This document shows, in pieces, positions 52,039 to 61,849 of a stretch of DNA of 64,000 nucleotides; position 1 is the stretch's first letter, and every line of letters begins with the position of its first letter. The stretch lies in NCBI GenBank assembly GCA_963675755.2, contig CAXXMD010000003.1, positions 2,048,001 to 2,112,000 on the forward strand. The letters run 5' to 3'. The notes under the pieces were generated by a model. The model was not told the DNA's origin, searched no databases, and saw only the letters and a program-made list of their open reading frames with translations. Both the position numbers and the translations under genes were made by a program. Source of the stretch: a bacterium. GTDB taxonomy: Bacteria; Zhuqueibacterota; Zhuqueibacteria; Residuimicrobiales; Krinioviventaceae.

Positions 52039-52656
52039 TTAAAATGTATATAAAAGATCAAGACCTTCCATAAAAACAATGCCTGCAAATAAGATCAAAA
52101 GCATTCCCAGTACACGATTGATCCAAAGGTAGATGTTTCCGCTAATAAACGTTTTTGATTTGCCGGCAACAATTGCAATTGTGGCTTTGGCGCCTAAAAG
52201 ACAAACATAGAAACCAACCAGGTACAATATTAAATGCCATATGCTGTTTTGTTTGGCGCTGATCATAAAAGGGGCACCAACGGTTAACCAGTAGACATAA
52301 GGATTCGGACTTAGGAAATTCACCATGATCCCCTTGGAAAGAGATCTGGGTTTAATGTTTTTAGTTTCTACGGTAACAGGTTTTATACGAAAGTTTTCAA
52401 TACCCAAATATGCTATGTAAAGCGCACCAATCAATGACAATGAACCCAAAAGCAGGTTTACATTTTGAAATTTGGCAAGTACATAGTAACAGAGTAATAC
52501 AATAGGTGCATCTGTTATGAGCGGGGCCATTCCTACTTTGATACCAGCACGACTGTTGTGATTCAACGTTTCGGATAAAACCAGCATGGTTAACGGTCCC
52601 GGACTGAACCCTGCAGAGAGGCCCAGTATCATTCCCTTGAGTAAAAATGCGATCAT
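52039..52656 (-). CDS. LysE-family translocator
   Basis: GLSAGFSPGP, NFLSPNPYVYW; ATGA overlap with Nudix stop. Confidence 0.88.
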   Translation of the reverse strand: MIAFLLKGMILGLSAGFSPGPLTMLVLSETLNHNSRAGIKVGMAPLITDAPIVLLCYYVLAKFQNVNLLLGSLSLIGALYIAYLGIENFRIKPVTVETKNIKPRSLSKGIMVNFLSPNPYVYWLTVGAPFMISAKQNSIWHLILYLVGFYVCLLGAKATIAIVAGKSKTFISGNIYLWINRVLGMLLILFAGIVFMEGLDLLYTF

Positions 52657-53243
52657 GATTTTAATTGTATCCTGTTTTGCAACCATTGCAGGCAGATCAG
52701 CGTTTTGGCGTCGCAGATTTCTCCCGCATTGATTTTTTCAAATGCCTCCTGAAAAGTCATTTCAACGACCAGAATATCTTCTACTTCATGCTCCAGTCCG
52801 CCTCCGTCATGTATGCGCTCGGCTGTGGCTATGTCTGCCGCATAGCAATAGATCTGTTCGGATGTGCCTCCGGGACTGGGCCAGCATTTAGCAATAAATT
52901 GTAAATCATTTTCGGATATTGAAAACCCTACTTCTTCTTCCACTTCGCGTACAGCGGTGTCTGTTTCCGAGTGACCTTTTTCTATAGAGCCGGCAACGAT
53001 CTCTAATGGCCATGCAATATTGGGATCAAAGGTATACAAGGGGTATCTGAATTGTTTTACGAAAAAAATAGTCTCTTTGATGGAATTGTACAAGAGCACT
53101 GCAGCGGCGTCACCACGGTACACATGCAATCGGGAAACGGGTTTGCTCATCTCTCCATTAAACTGTTCAAAGCTTACGGTAGCTTCTTCAAAGGTAAAAA
53201 AGCCATCATAGATTTTGTGGCGTTTTTGTATATCTGCTTTCAT
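52653..53243 (-). CDS. Nudix hydrolase, ADP-ribose/GDP-mannose pyrophosphatase type
   Basis: QFRYP, AG...AVREVEEEVG Nudix box, SPGG, GGGL..E.EDI, DAKT. Confidence 0.9.
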   Translation of the reverse strand: MKADIQKRHKIYDGFFTFEEATVSFEQFNGEMSKPVSRLHVYRGDAAAVLLYNSIKETIFFVKQFRYPLYTFDPNIAWPLEIVAGSIEKGHSETDTAVREVEEEVGFSISENDLQFIAKCWPSPGGTSEQIYCYAADIATAERIHDGGGLEHEVEDILVVEMTFQEAFEKINAGEICDAKTLICLQWLQNRIQLKS

Positions 53244-53398
53244 GCACCAGCCCTCAGAATTTATACAAAAATACAAATTTTAACTGTAATTGTCCAATAG
53301 TATTCCGGTTTGTTATTACGGGAATTTTTGTTAATTTAACTTGATTTACCTATAAAGAATTATTATAGTTGATTGTCAATATGGAGAATGAATACAAA

Positions 53399-54910
53399 AT
53401 GAAAAAGTATCTGCTTTTGCTCTTGATAGTCCCCGGTTTGTTGTTGACGTTTTGTTCCGGTCCTAAAGAAGGCGAGATCACCGTCATACACACCAATGAT
53501 ATGCACAGTCAGTATATTCCGCTTACGGCAACCTGGGTAGATCGCAAGCCACAGCCTCTGGTTGGCGGCATGGTTGCACTCGAGTATCATATTCGTCAGT
53601 TGCGCGAACAATGGCCCAATTCGCTGGTTATTGATGCCGGTGATTTTCTGACCGGCACGCCCCTTGCGAAAATTGATGTGGATGGCGCCACTGGTGGTGC
53701 ATTTGTGAAAATGATGAATATTATCGATTATGATGTGATTACGGTTGGTAATCACGAATTTGATAATGGTCAGGATAATCTACACAAACTGCTGAATATG
53801 GGAAATTTTGATGTGGTTTGCTGTAATATGAACATCAATGGAAAACCTGCTGTTGAAAAGCCCTATATGATATACAAGGTGGATGGTGTACGCGTTGGTG
53901 TTATAGGTGTAATGCTGAAAGCGTTGGATCAGGTTACGGCCCAAAAGAATTTAAAAGGTGTAGAGGTGATTGATCCTATTTCCATTACACAAAAGTATAT
54001 TGACGAGATTGACCCGAAAACGGATCTTATTATTCTGTTAACACATAACGGAATTCAGGAAGATATGGACCTCGCAAAAACTGTGAAAAATGCTGACCTG
54101 ATTCTGGGCGGGCATAGTCATACACGACTGCCAAAACCCAGAAAAGTCAACGGTATGCTGGTTTTTCAGGCAGGTGCCAAGACCACCAACCTTGGTCGTT
54201 TAACCCTGGATGTTAAAGGTGACAGTATTGCATCGTACGATTATGAGCTCCTGAACACCTGGGTCGACGACGTTAAAAATCCGAATCCTGAAATGGTCAA
54301 GCTGGTAGATACCTACAAAGCCGAGATTGACAAGGAATACAATGAGCAGTTTGGTACATTAAAGAACGCATGGATTCGTAATAATGATGGTGAGTCGAAC
54401 CTTGGCAATTTTATAACTGACGCAATCCGTGAAGAAAGTGGAGCTGATATCGCAATGATGAACAGTGGCGGCATCCGCAAAGATCTGCCGGCAGGACCCA
54501 TCACCAAGCTTGATATTGTTGAGATTTTACCATTCACAAATGTTGTAGAAACATTCGAGTGCAGCGGTCAGGATTTGATTACACTGATTAACCAGAATTC
54601 TGGTGAAATGGATGGATACCGGGGAGTGATGCAGATTTCGGGTTTGCACTATACATATCGTATCAAACCGGATAAATCTTTGGATCTGGTTTCTGCCAAA
54701 GTCAATGGCAAGCCACTGGACCCCAAAGGCACTTATACCGTAGCAACCGTGGATTTTATATTACAGGGGCAAGCTGAAAAGTATTTGGGATTTGTTCCGC
54801 AATCTACAACGAGTACCGGTACTGTGGTATCGGATATGGTGATTAGCTATTTGAAAAAGTATCCGGAAGTGGATTCAAAACTTGAGGGACGAATCAAACG
54901 TGTTTATTAA
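53399..54910 (+). CDS. 5'-nucleotidase / UDP-sugar hydrolase family
   Basis: HTNDMHS, DAGD, GNHEFD, GGHSH, NSGGIR, LPF.N. Confidence 0.92.
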   Translation: MKKYLLLLLIVPGLLLTFCSGPKEGEITVIHTNDMHSQYIPLTATWVDRKPQPLVGGMVALEYHIRQLREQWPNSLVIDAGDFLTGTPLAKIDVDGATGGAFVKMMNIIDYDVITVGNHEFDNGQDNLHKLLNMGNFDVVCCNMNINGKPAVEKPYMIYKVDGVRVGVIGVMLKALDQVTAQKNLKGVEVIDPISITQKYIDEIDPKTDLIILLTHNGIQEDMDLAKTVKNADLILGGHSHTRLPKPRKVNGMLVFQAGAKTTNLGRLTLDVKGDSIASYDYELLNTWVDDVKNPNPEMVKLVDTYKAEIDKEYNEQFGTLKNAWIRNNDGESNLGNFITDAIREESGADIAMMNSGGIRKDLPAGPITKLDIVEILPFTNVVETFECSGQDLITLINQNSGEMDGYRGVMQISGLHYTYRIKPDKSLDLVSAKVNGKPLDPKGTYTVATVDFILQGQAEKYLGFVPQSTTSTGTVVSDMVISYLKKYPEVDSKLEGRIKRVY

Positions 54911-54931
54911 GAAATTTGGAGGGAATTGATA

Positions 54932-56386
54932 ATGAAAGCAAGGAATGTTGCCTATATACTGGTTGGAGTCACGTTGTTTTTTTTCACAGCCTGGTTAATC
55001 TCTTGTGCTGTGAACCCGGTAACCGGCAAACATGAACTTATGTTGCTTACTGAAAATGATGAGATCTCGCTGGGAAAAGAAACCGACCAGCAGATTATTG
55101 AAACCTATGGCATTTATGATGATCCTGAATTGACGGCATATCTGGACAAGCTTGGCCAGGAGATGGCGGTTAAAACTCACCGTCCCAATCTGCCTTACAC
55201 ATTCAAAGTATTGGATACGCCGGTGGTGAATGCATTTGCCGTACCCGGCGGGTATGTTTATTTTACCCGGGGTATCTTGGGTTACCTGAATAACGAAGCC
55301 GAGTTTGCGGGTGTATTGGGACACGAGCTGGGTCATGTTAACGCAAGACATTCCGCGGTACAGTACAGCCGGGCTCAACTGGCACAACTGGGTTTGGGTG
55401 TAGGCATGATCTTTTCTGAAAAGTTTCGTGACTATGCGGGACTGGCGCAGTTTGGTGTGGGTATGTTGTTTTTAAAATACAGTCGCGACAATGAAAGACA
55501 GGCAGATGATTTGGGAGTAGAGTATTCTTCTAAATCAGGTTATAACTCGATGGCAATGGCAGATTTTTTCAATACGCTTGAACGTATGCACCCCAGCTCG
55601 GATGGCAGCGGTCTGCCCGAGTGGTTTTCCACGCACCCGAATCCTGTGAATCGTGTTGAAGCAGTCAGGAACAAAACCAAAGAATGGCAGAGCCAGCTGG
55701 CAGGAAAGGATTTTGTCTATAATCGCGACAACTATTTGGCGCAGGTGGATGGGATCACCTTTGGTGAAGATCCACGCCAGGGTTATGTAGAAGGCAACGC
55801 CTTTTATCATCCTGAATTGCAGATCACCTTTCCCGTGCCTTCAGAATGGGCATTGAACAACACTCCCGAACAGGTTCAGATGGTATCTCCGCAGGAGAAT
55901 GCGGCTATTATGTTTACGCTGGACAATTCTTCAACTCCTTTGGCGGCCTCGCAGTCTTTTACGCAGAATGCAGGTGCAACAATAACCGCCTCTGACGCCA
56001 TTACGGTAAACAGTTACAAAACCCAGCGGGTATTTAGTACGGTAACCAGTGAAGAGAGTGAACTCAAGGTAGTGTCTTACTTTATACAAAAAGATAACAA
56101 AATTTATGTGTTTCACGGATTTACGGATACTGCCAGTTTTAACGGTTACCAGAACTCGTTTACCGGTACCATGGGGCAATTTAAAAAACTGACTGATCCG
56201 GCAAAGCTTAATGTAAAACCCAAAACATTGCATGTTAAAACCGTATCTACCCCAAGTTCGCTTCGAGCAGAACTGAAAAAGAACGGTATAGCTGATGACA
56301 AGCTTGAAGAGTTTGCCATTTTGAATGGTATGGAACTGGATGCGTCTCTCAAAGCGGGCAGCAAGATCAAGGTGGTTGGTAACTAA
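54932..56386 (+). CDS. M48 family metallopeptidase lipoprotein
   Basis: ISC lipobox, NPVTG, NAFAVPGG, HELGH, YSRDNE..AD, STHP. Confidence 0.92.
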   Translation: MKARNVAYILVGVTLFFFTAWLISCAVNPVTGKHELMLLTENDEISLGKETDQQIIETYGIYDDPELTAYLDKLGQEMAVKTHRPNLPYTFKVLDTPVVNAFAVPGGYVYFTRGILGYLNNEAEFAGVLGHELGHVNARHSAVQYSRAQLAQLGLGVGMIFSEKFRDYAGLAQFGVGMLFLKYSRDNERQADDLGVEYSSKSGYNSMAMADFFNTLERMHPSSDGSGLPEWFSTHPNPVNRVEAVRNKTKEWQSQLAGKDFVYNRDNYLAQVDGITFGEDPRQGYVEGNAFYHPELQITFPVPSEWALNNTPEQVQMVSPQENAAIMFTLDNSSTPLAASQSFTQNAGATITASDAITVNSYKTQRVFSTVTSEESELKVVSYFIQKDNKIYVFHGFTDTASFNGYQNSFTGTMGQFKKLTDPAKLNVKPKTLHVKTVSTPSSLRAELKKNGIADDKLEEFAILNGMELDASLKAGSKIKVVGN

Positions 56387-56462
56387 CTGTGATTTTTAGG
56401 ATTTAAGACCTTGATTTAAATGATTATAGGATTACCGTGATTAAATTGTGATGTGGAATTCA

Positions 56463-56515
56463 GCAGCCGGTCCCTGAGTAATTCGCCGTAGGCGGATGTA
56501 TCGAAGGGCGGCTGC
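56463..56515 (+). repeat. CCCTGAG...TCGAAGGG type palindromic element (copy 1)
   Basis: GCAGCCG-GTCCCTGAGT-hairpin-GTATCGAAGGG-CGGCTGC; related inverted copy at 60631-60690. Confidence 0.65.
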
Positions 56516-56656
56516 GATACATCCTTTATCTGAATTGAGGCTATTTATATGTTAACGCTCTTGAAAACAATTTTTATTTAGCCACGGATTAACACTGATC
56601 TTCACGGATTGAAACAAAAAGTATTAGAACGAAATTTATTTCGTTTGTTTTCCTGA

Positions 56657-56965
56657 TAGGGAACGGTCTCAGGCCATTCCCTACCCATATGAATTCAATA
56701 TTGCTTCACTCTTGTACTTGGCTCTTGACTGGGAACCTTTTTTTGTTTTTCCTTTGCGAACTCTGCGAAGCCCTGGCGTTCTTTACGTTTTGTTTCTGTC
56801 TGAATTAGGATGGATAGGATTAAAAGATTTATAGGATTTAGGGAACAAGATATTATTATTCTTTTTTATCTGTGATGATCTGTAGCTTTGAAAACTTAAC
56901 CACGAAATACACGAACAAGCACAAAAGATTATTTTCATGTAGGTAATGATCTCAGACGCTTCCTA
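56657..56965 (+). repeat. 283-bp composite repeat, left array (REP palindrome to degenerate REP palindrome)
   Basis: TAGGGAACGGTCTCAGGCCATTCCCTAC at 56657 and degenerate copy at 56939; near-identical to 58113-58422 over long blocks. Confidence 0.88.
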
Positions 56966-57003
56966 TAGTGGATAATTTTTAAGTTTTAAGAAAACGGGGT
57001 GTT

Positions 57004-58020
57004 ATGAACAAGATTTGGGGCATATTAATAGTTTTTCTTTTTATCAACTGTACAACACAAAATTTTGTACCTCCGCGGCCCTTGTTAAAAGGAGAAAATG
57101 AATTACGCGTGAGCTTGAATCTTTCAGGAAATAATTTTAGCACATATTCCATACAGTTTTCAATGTTTCATGGATTAACCGATCAGGATGTAATTGGTAC
57201 ATCATTGAATAATTTTGTATACTTTTTACCAAGCCATATTTCTATGGCGCACTATTGGGATCAAAATAACTCGTTTTATAATATGCAATTTCATATGAAT
57301 GATTTGTTTGCTACAAATTATAACCCATCTATAGAATTTGACCTGGGTTATTCTAATTTTTATTCAAGTACATACAATACTGTGAAAATAGGGGTAGGAT
57401 ATTATGGAACTCCATTGTTATACAAAATGATAGATGTTTCTGTTACAAAACATAAATTTGTTTCAATTTTAGGGTATAGAGTTCAGCACAAGATGTTATA
57501 TGCGGATGTTCAGCTGATTAAAGGCATGACTGATTATTTTATTCGTTATTACAAAGATAACTATAAGAAAAGACCGACTGTTTCTGAAAAGTACCAAAAA
57601 TATTCGGATAATATAAAATATACACAACAAGAATTTGAGCATAATAATGTTGAACAAATTTTTTCTGACTTGAATGAATACAAGATTGCATTAAAGAATG
57701 GAGATACTTTGCTCGTAACGCAAAGGCCCCCTTATTCAGATTGGATTGGAGGCGGTTTTAAATTTTTATCCCTTTCTGCTTATAATGCATCCCAGAACCA
57801 TAGAATGTATTGGATTTATTGGCAAAATCGTTATGAAAAAGATGAAACTCCTATAATGTTAGAGTTGAATATGTCTAAAATAATTGCAAATTATAAAAAC
57901 GGGGGAGATTTGCTTTTAATTGAAGATCAAAGTCTTTCAGAAAAAACAATTCAATATAACAAGTGCCTGTGGAACGATCTTATCTTTTCCATTGGCAGGG
58001 TAGAGTATCAGAATCATTGA
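57004..58020 (+). CDS. AT-rich hypothetical lipoprotein
   Basis: 338-aa ORF, FINC lipobox-like signal; no family recognised. Confidence 0.7.
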   Translation: MNKIWGILIVFLFINCTTQNFVPPRPLLKGENELRVSLNLSGNNFSTYSIQFSMFHGLTDQDVIGTSLNNFVYFLPSHISMAHYWDQNNSFYNMQFHMNDLFATNYNPSIEFDLGYSNFYSSTYNTVKIGVGYYGTPLLYKMIDVSVTKHKFVSILGYRVQHKMLYADVQLIKGMTDYFIRYYKDNYKKRPTVSEKYQKYSDNIKYTQQEFEHNNVEQIFSDLNEYKIALKNGDTLLVTQRPPYSDWIGGGFKFLSLSAYNASQNHRMYWIYWQNRYEKDETPIMLELNMSKIIANYKNGGDLLLIEDQSLSEKTIQYNKCLWNDLIFSIGRVEYQNH

Positions 58021-58032
58021 TTTTCAAAATGT

Positions 58033-58565
58033 TTATCCGTGAAAATCTGTGTGGATCCGTGGCTCAAAAGTTTTTGTCTACGAAACACACGAATAAATTC
58101 AAAAGAATCAAGTAGGGAACGGTCTCAGACCATTCTCTACCCATATGAATTCAATATTGCTTCACTCTTGTACTTGGCTCTTGCCTGAGATTTTTCCTCT
58201 TTGCGAACTCGGCGAAGCCCTGGCGTTCTTTGCGTTTAGTCTTTGTCTGAATTAGGATGGATAGGATTAAAAGATTGATAGGATTTGATTTGGGGAAAAT
58301 ATATTATTATTCTTTATTATCCGTGAAAATCTGTGTGGATCCGTGGCTTAAAAGTTTTGTCTACGAAACACACGAATAAATTCAAAAGAATCAAGTAGGG
58401 AACGGTCTCAGACTGTTCCCTATCCATTCATTCGATGCACATTTACTCTGGTCCTCGGGCTTTTGCCAGTATACCTTTTTTGTTTTTCCTTTGCGAACTC
58501 CGAAATCTTTGCGTGCTTTGCGTTTAGTTTTTTATCTGAAATGTTATTAATAAGATTTATAGGAC
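58033..58565 (+). repeat. 283-bp composite repeat, right array (about two units)
   Basis: ATCCGTGAAAATCTGTGTGGATCCGTGGCT at 58035 and 58319; GTAGGGAACGGTCTCAGAC at 58112 and 58395. Confidence 0.9.
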
Positions 58566-58694
58566 TGGGTTAGCGTTCCCACCCTTTTAAACAGCCCGTC
58601 CTCGACACCATTTTATTTTGGTTATTAATCCCAGAATTGATATATTAATTCAATACCATAATTATAATACTGATATCTGGAGCGGAGCAGGCCG

Positions 58695-59105
58695 TTGAAT
58701 CGTAGAATCTATTATCAGGCATTGGGTGTATGGTGCATAATGGCAGTGTTGACTGTTATGTATGGAGCTTTTCGGGAAGCTGTGTTCATTCCGGTAACAG
58801 GCATGAATGGCACCCTGGCTCGTGCCGTGTTGCTGCCGGTTACCTGGATCTATATCTGGATTGCCGCATGGCTGTTGTTGAAACGCACCCATGCCCCGCA
58901 TACACAACAGGATGCCCTGCGTATAGGCATGTTATGGCTGGTATTGACCATTGTATTTGAGTTTGTATTTGGCAGTCTGGTGATGGGCAATTCCATTCAA
59001 GCCTTGCTGGCGGATTATAACTTGCTCCGTGGTCGTACATGGGGATTGTTTTTGTTGTTTCTTGTAGTTGCACCCTGGTTTGTTCACAAACAATTACATA
59101 AATAA
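58695..59105 (+). CDS. Hypothetical 4-TM membrane protein
   Basis: G.FRE, IG..W..LT..FEF.FG, LLADYN...GR.W motifs; GGAG upstream. Confidence 0.7.
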   Translation: MNRRIYYQALGVWCIMAVLTVMYGAFREAVFIPVTGMNGTLARAVLLPVTWIYIWIAAWLLLKRTHAPHTQQDALRIGMLWLVLTIVFEFVFGSLVMGNSIQALLADYNLLRGRTWGLFLLFLVVAPWFVHKQLHK

Positions 59106-59117
59106 AAAAGGACCAAT

Positions 59118-60242
59118 ATGAAACCTGTGAAATGGAGTATCCTGATATTTTTACCCGTATTGATTTTTTGCAGTTCAAACACAACGAAAGAGGCTTTTTT
59201 AGAAACTCCAAAAGTCATTAGTAATGTAACAGAATATTACCTGGAATCCAATCGCACCTTTCAGGGCATTCCCAGTATTGAAGTTGCCGAAAATGGACGT
59301 ATGTGGGCCACCTGGTACGCGGGTCCAACCGCGGCAGAAGATAGCAATAACTATGTGATAGTTATGACCAGTGGAGATGGCGAGAACTGGCAGATATCTC
59401 ATATTGTTGATCCGGATGTAGAGGGACCCGTGCGTGTTTTTGATCCTGAATTGTGGATTGATCCTACCGGTAAGCTGTGGGCATTCTGGGCGCAGACGAT
59501 AGGTCACGATGGAACCATTGGCGGCGTATGGGCCATGACCACAGAGAATCCGGGTGAAGCGAAACCCAACTGGTCTGCTCCCAAAAGATTGACAGACGGT
59601 GTAATGATGTGCAAACCGGTTGTGCTCAGTTCCGGTGAATGGGTGCTGCCCGCATCCACCTGGCGTAAAACTGACAACAGTGCAAGAGTTGTAGTATCCA
59701 CTGACAAGGGCGAAACCTGGACGGTCCGTGGCGGCTGCAATGTGCCGGAAAAAGAGCGGAGCTTTGATGAGCATATGATCATAGAAAAAACAGATGGTTC
59801 TTTGTGGTTACTGGCCCGTACACGTTATGGCATTGGAGAAAGTGTTTCCACAGACAAGGGTGCAACCTGGCCGGAACTGACTCCTTCTGATATTCAACAT
59901 CCGGCAGCACGATTTTTTATTCGTCGACTGGATTCAGGCAAGCTGTTGTTGGTGAAGCATGGTCCATTGGATGAGCAGACAGGACGTTCACATCTTACGG
60001 CATATTTGTCTGATGACGATGGCGTCAAATGGTATGGCGGGCTGCTGCTGGACGAGCGGGAGAGTATATCGTATCCTGATGGCAAGCAGTCAGCAGATGG
60101 GACCATTCACATTATATATGATTTTGCACGAAGAAACGAAATGGAAATATTAATGGCAAGTTTTACGGAAGCCGATGTTGCGGCCGGAAAACTGGTATCA
60201 AAAGAATCCAAACTGAAAAAAATTGTAAACAAAGCGGGATAA
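59118..60242 (+). CDS. BNR/Asp-box sialidase-like (GH33-like) lipoprotein
   Basis: Asp boxes TSGDGENW, STDKGETW, STDKGATW, SDDDGVKW; SYPD; FQGIP in place of FRIP. Confidence 0.85.
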   Translation: MKPVKWSILIFLPVLIFCSSNTTKEAFLETPKVISNVTEYYLESNRTFQGIPSIEVAENGRMWATWYAGPTAAEDSNNYVIVMTSGDGENWQISHIVDPDVEGPVRVFDPELWIDPTGKLWAFWAQTIGHDGTIGGVWAMTTENPGEAKPNWSAPKRLTDGVMMCKPVVLSSGEWVLPASTWRKTDNSARVVVSTDKGETWTVRGGCNVPEKERSFDEHMIIEKTDGSLWLLARTRYGIGESVSTDKGATWPELTPSDIQHPAARFFIRRLDSGKLLLVKHGPLDEQTGRSHLTAYLSDDDGVKWYGGLLLDERESISYPDGKQSADGTIHIIYDFARRNEMEILMASFTEADVAAGKLVSKESKLKKIVNKAG

Positions 60243-60263
60243 CCAAGTCGAGGAGTATTGACT

Positions 60264-60611
60264 ATGAAAGACATTGTTGCGGATGCAAGTCTGGTTACAA
60301 AGTGCGGATTGTATTGTGGCGCGTGTAAAGCGTATTTAAAGGGAAAATGTGAGGGATGCGCCGAGACCCTGAAAAAAGCCAAATGCAAGATCCGGAATTG
60401 TTGTGTTGAGCACAATTATACTACTTGTGCGGATTGTGAAACCTATACGGATACCTCGAAATGTAAGAAAATGAACGGCGGAATTGACAGGTTCTTTTCT
60501 TTGATATTCAGATATGACCGCGCGGCGGGTATTCAAATGGTCCGCAAACAGGGTGCAGAGGCTTTTGCTGAAAAGATGACTGCTGATAAAAGTATGTGGA
60601 TCAAAAAGTAG
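60264..60611 (+). CDS. DUF3795 Cys-rich protein
   Basis: CGLYCGAC, CEGC, CKIRNCC, CADC; GAGGAG RBS. Confidence 0.85.
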   Translation: MKDIVADASLVTKCGLYCGACKAYLKGKCEGCAETLKKAKCKIRNCCVEHNYTTCADCETYTDTSKCKKMNGGIDRFFSLIFRYDRAAGIQMVRKQGAEAFAEKMTADKSMWIKK

Positions 60612-60630
60612 ATCAGTATTTCGATTTATT

Positions 60631-60690
60631 AGCCGGTTCATCGATACAATCCATACACCGGCTTGGTGTACGGATCACTCAGGGATCGGC
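60631..60690 (-). repeat. CCCTGAG...TCGA type palindromic element (copy 2)
   Basis: Minus strand GCCGATCCCTGAGTGATCCGTACACC-AAGCC-GGTGTATGGATTGTATCGATGAACCGGCT. Confidence 0.6.
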
Positions 60691-60717
60691 ATTGTCTTTT
60701 CCGGTTCTTTGGCAGAA

Positions 60718-61006
60718 CAGGTTGTGTGAAAATAATTTAAATTTAAACAATAAAAATTTTGTTGAGATTGAGATAAGTCAGAATGGTGTGGAGTGCATTA
60801 CCTTTATGTAATGCGGGCCGTCGTAGACGGCCTTTACATAAAGGTATTTGTTGAAATTGATGAGATTATGAAAAATAATATTATTTGAATCGAGTGAAAA
60901 TTTATATCGGACCATTGGCCCGACGCGGTGTCAGCCGGTTGGCGGACAAGCTATAAAGGCGCCGCACTCCAGAAGCACGATTATTTTTTATTTTTCACAC
61001 AGTCTG
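60718..61006. mobile_element. Non-autonomous MITE-like element with IS1182-like terminal inverted repeats
   Basis: Left CAGGTTGTGTGAAAA; right end reverse-complements to CAGACTGTGTGAAAA; internal hairpins; no transposase. Confidence 0.55.
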
Positions 61007-61048
61007 AAAAGTCTGGATGCCAGTTTTAATTTAGTACCATGTGAAAAC

Positions 61049-61082
61049 AAAAAATCCCGCAATTTTAGTTGCGGGATTTTTT
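61049..61082. terminator. Bidirectional intrinsic terminator
   Basis: AAAAAATCCCGCAA-TTTTAG-TTGCGGGATTTTTT. Confidence 0.8.
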
Positions 61083-61117
61083 AGAGTAGGAAATGGTAGT
61101 CTATTGGGGAGTGTTGC

Positions 61118-61768
61118 TTATAACTGCTTTTTGCTGAAATACCAGTCTGTATAATCGTAACCTTCATCTTTGCGTTTGTCTGCAGCTTCCTGGGTCAATG
61201 GTGGCGGAACAATTACTTTTTCACCGGGTTTCCAGTTTTCAGGAGTTGCTACTCCGTTTTTGTCTGATGTCTGCAATGCCTGAACAAGGCGATAAATTTC
61301 ATCAATGCTGCGTCCGTTTGACAATGGATAGTAAACCATTGCGCGCATGATACCCTTGTCGTCAATCACAAACACTGCGCGTACGGCCGAAGTATCTGCT
61401 GCTCCCGGATGGATCATGCCGTATTTGGTGGCAACATCCATTTTCAGGTCTTCGATGATGGGGAACGGAATGTCTACATCAAAATTGGCTTTGATGCTTT
61501 TTACCCATGCAATATGTGAGTACAAGCTGTCAATACTGAGGCCAATAACCTGTGTATTCAGTTTTTTAAAGTCATCATTCTTTTTTGCAAATGCCATAAA
61601 CTCTGTTGTACATACGGGTGTGAAATCTGCCGGATGTGAAAAGAGCACAACCCATTTGCCTTTCAAAGAAGAAAGTTTGATTTCTCCATGGGTTGTTTTT
61701 GCGGTAAATTCTGGTGCGGGTTCATTAATTCTAGGCAGACTGGGTGTTTGTACAGTTTCTTGTTCCAT
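61118..61768 (-). CDS. Peroxiredoxin, Prx6/1-Cys type
   Basis: FSHPADFTPVCTTEF, VRAVF, YYP..GR, TPENWKPG; start moved to ATG 61768. Confidence 0.93.
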   Translation of the reverse strand: MEQETVQTPSLPRINEPAPEFTAKTTHGEIKLSSLKGKWVVLFSHPADFTPVCTTEFMAFAKKNDDFKKLNTQVIGLSIDSLYSHIAWVKSIKANFDVDIPFPIIEDLKMDVATKYGMIHPGAADTSAVRAVFVIDDKGIMRAMVYYPLSNGRSIDEIYRLVQALQTSDKNGVATPENWKPGEKVIVPPPLTQEAADKRKDEGYDYTDWYFSKKQL

Positions 61769-61849
61769 TTTAAATTCCCTCTTATTAGTAATCGTTATTG
61801 TTATCATTTACTAATAAGATGCCTGAAATTTGAAAAAGTTTCAAAAAAA

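Noticed and set aside
56463-56515. Hammerhead ribozyme (CTGAG...CGAA resemblance)
   Set aside because: Lacks the CUGAUGA and GAAA core and a third stem
56387-58565. CRISPR array or integron attC array
   Set aside because: Sequence between palindromes is itself repeated rather than unique spacers; no cas or intI gene; no convincing RYYYAAC/GTTRRRY attC boxes
60596-60811. 71-aa ORF
   Set aside because: Runs through palindromic repeats and the MITE end; no RBS or protein-like features
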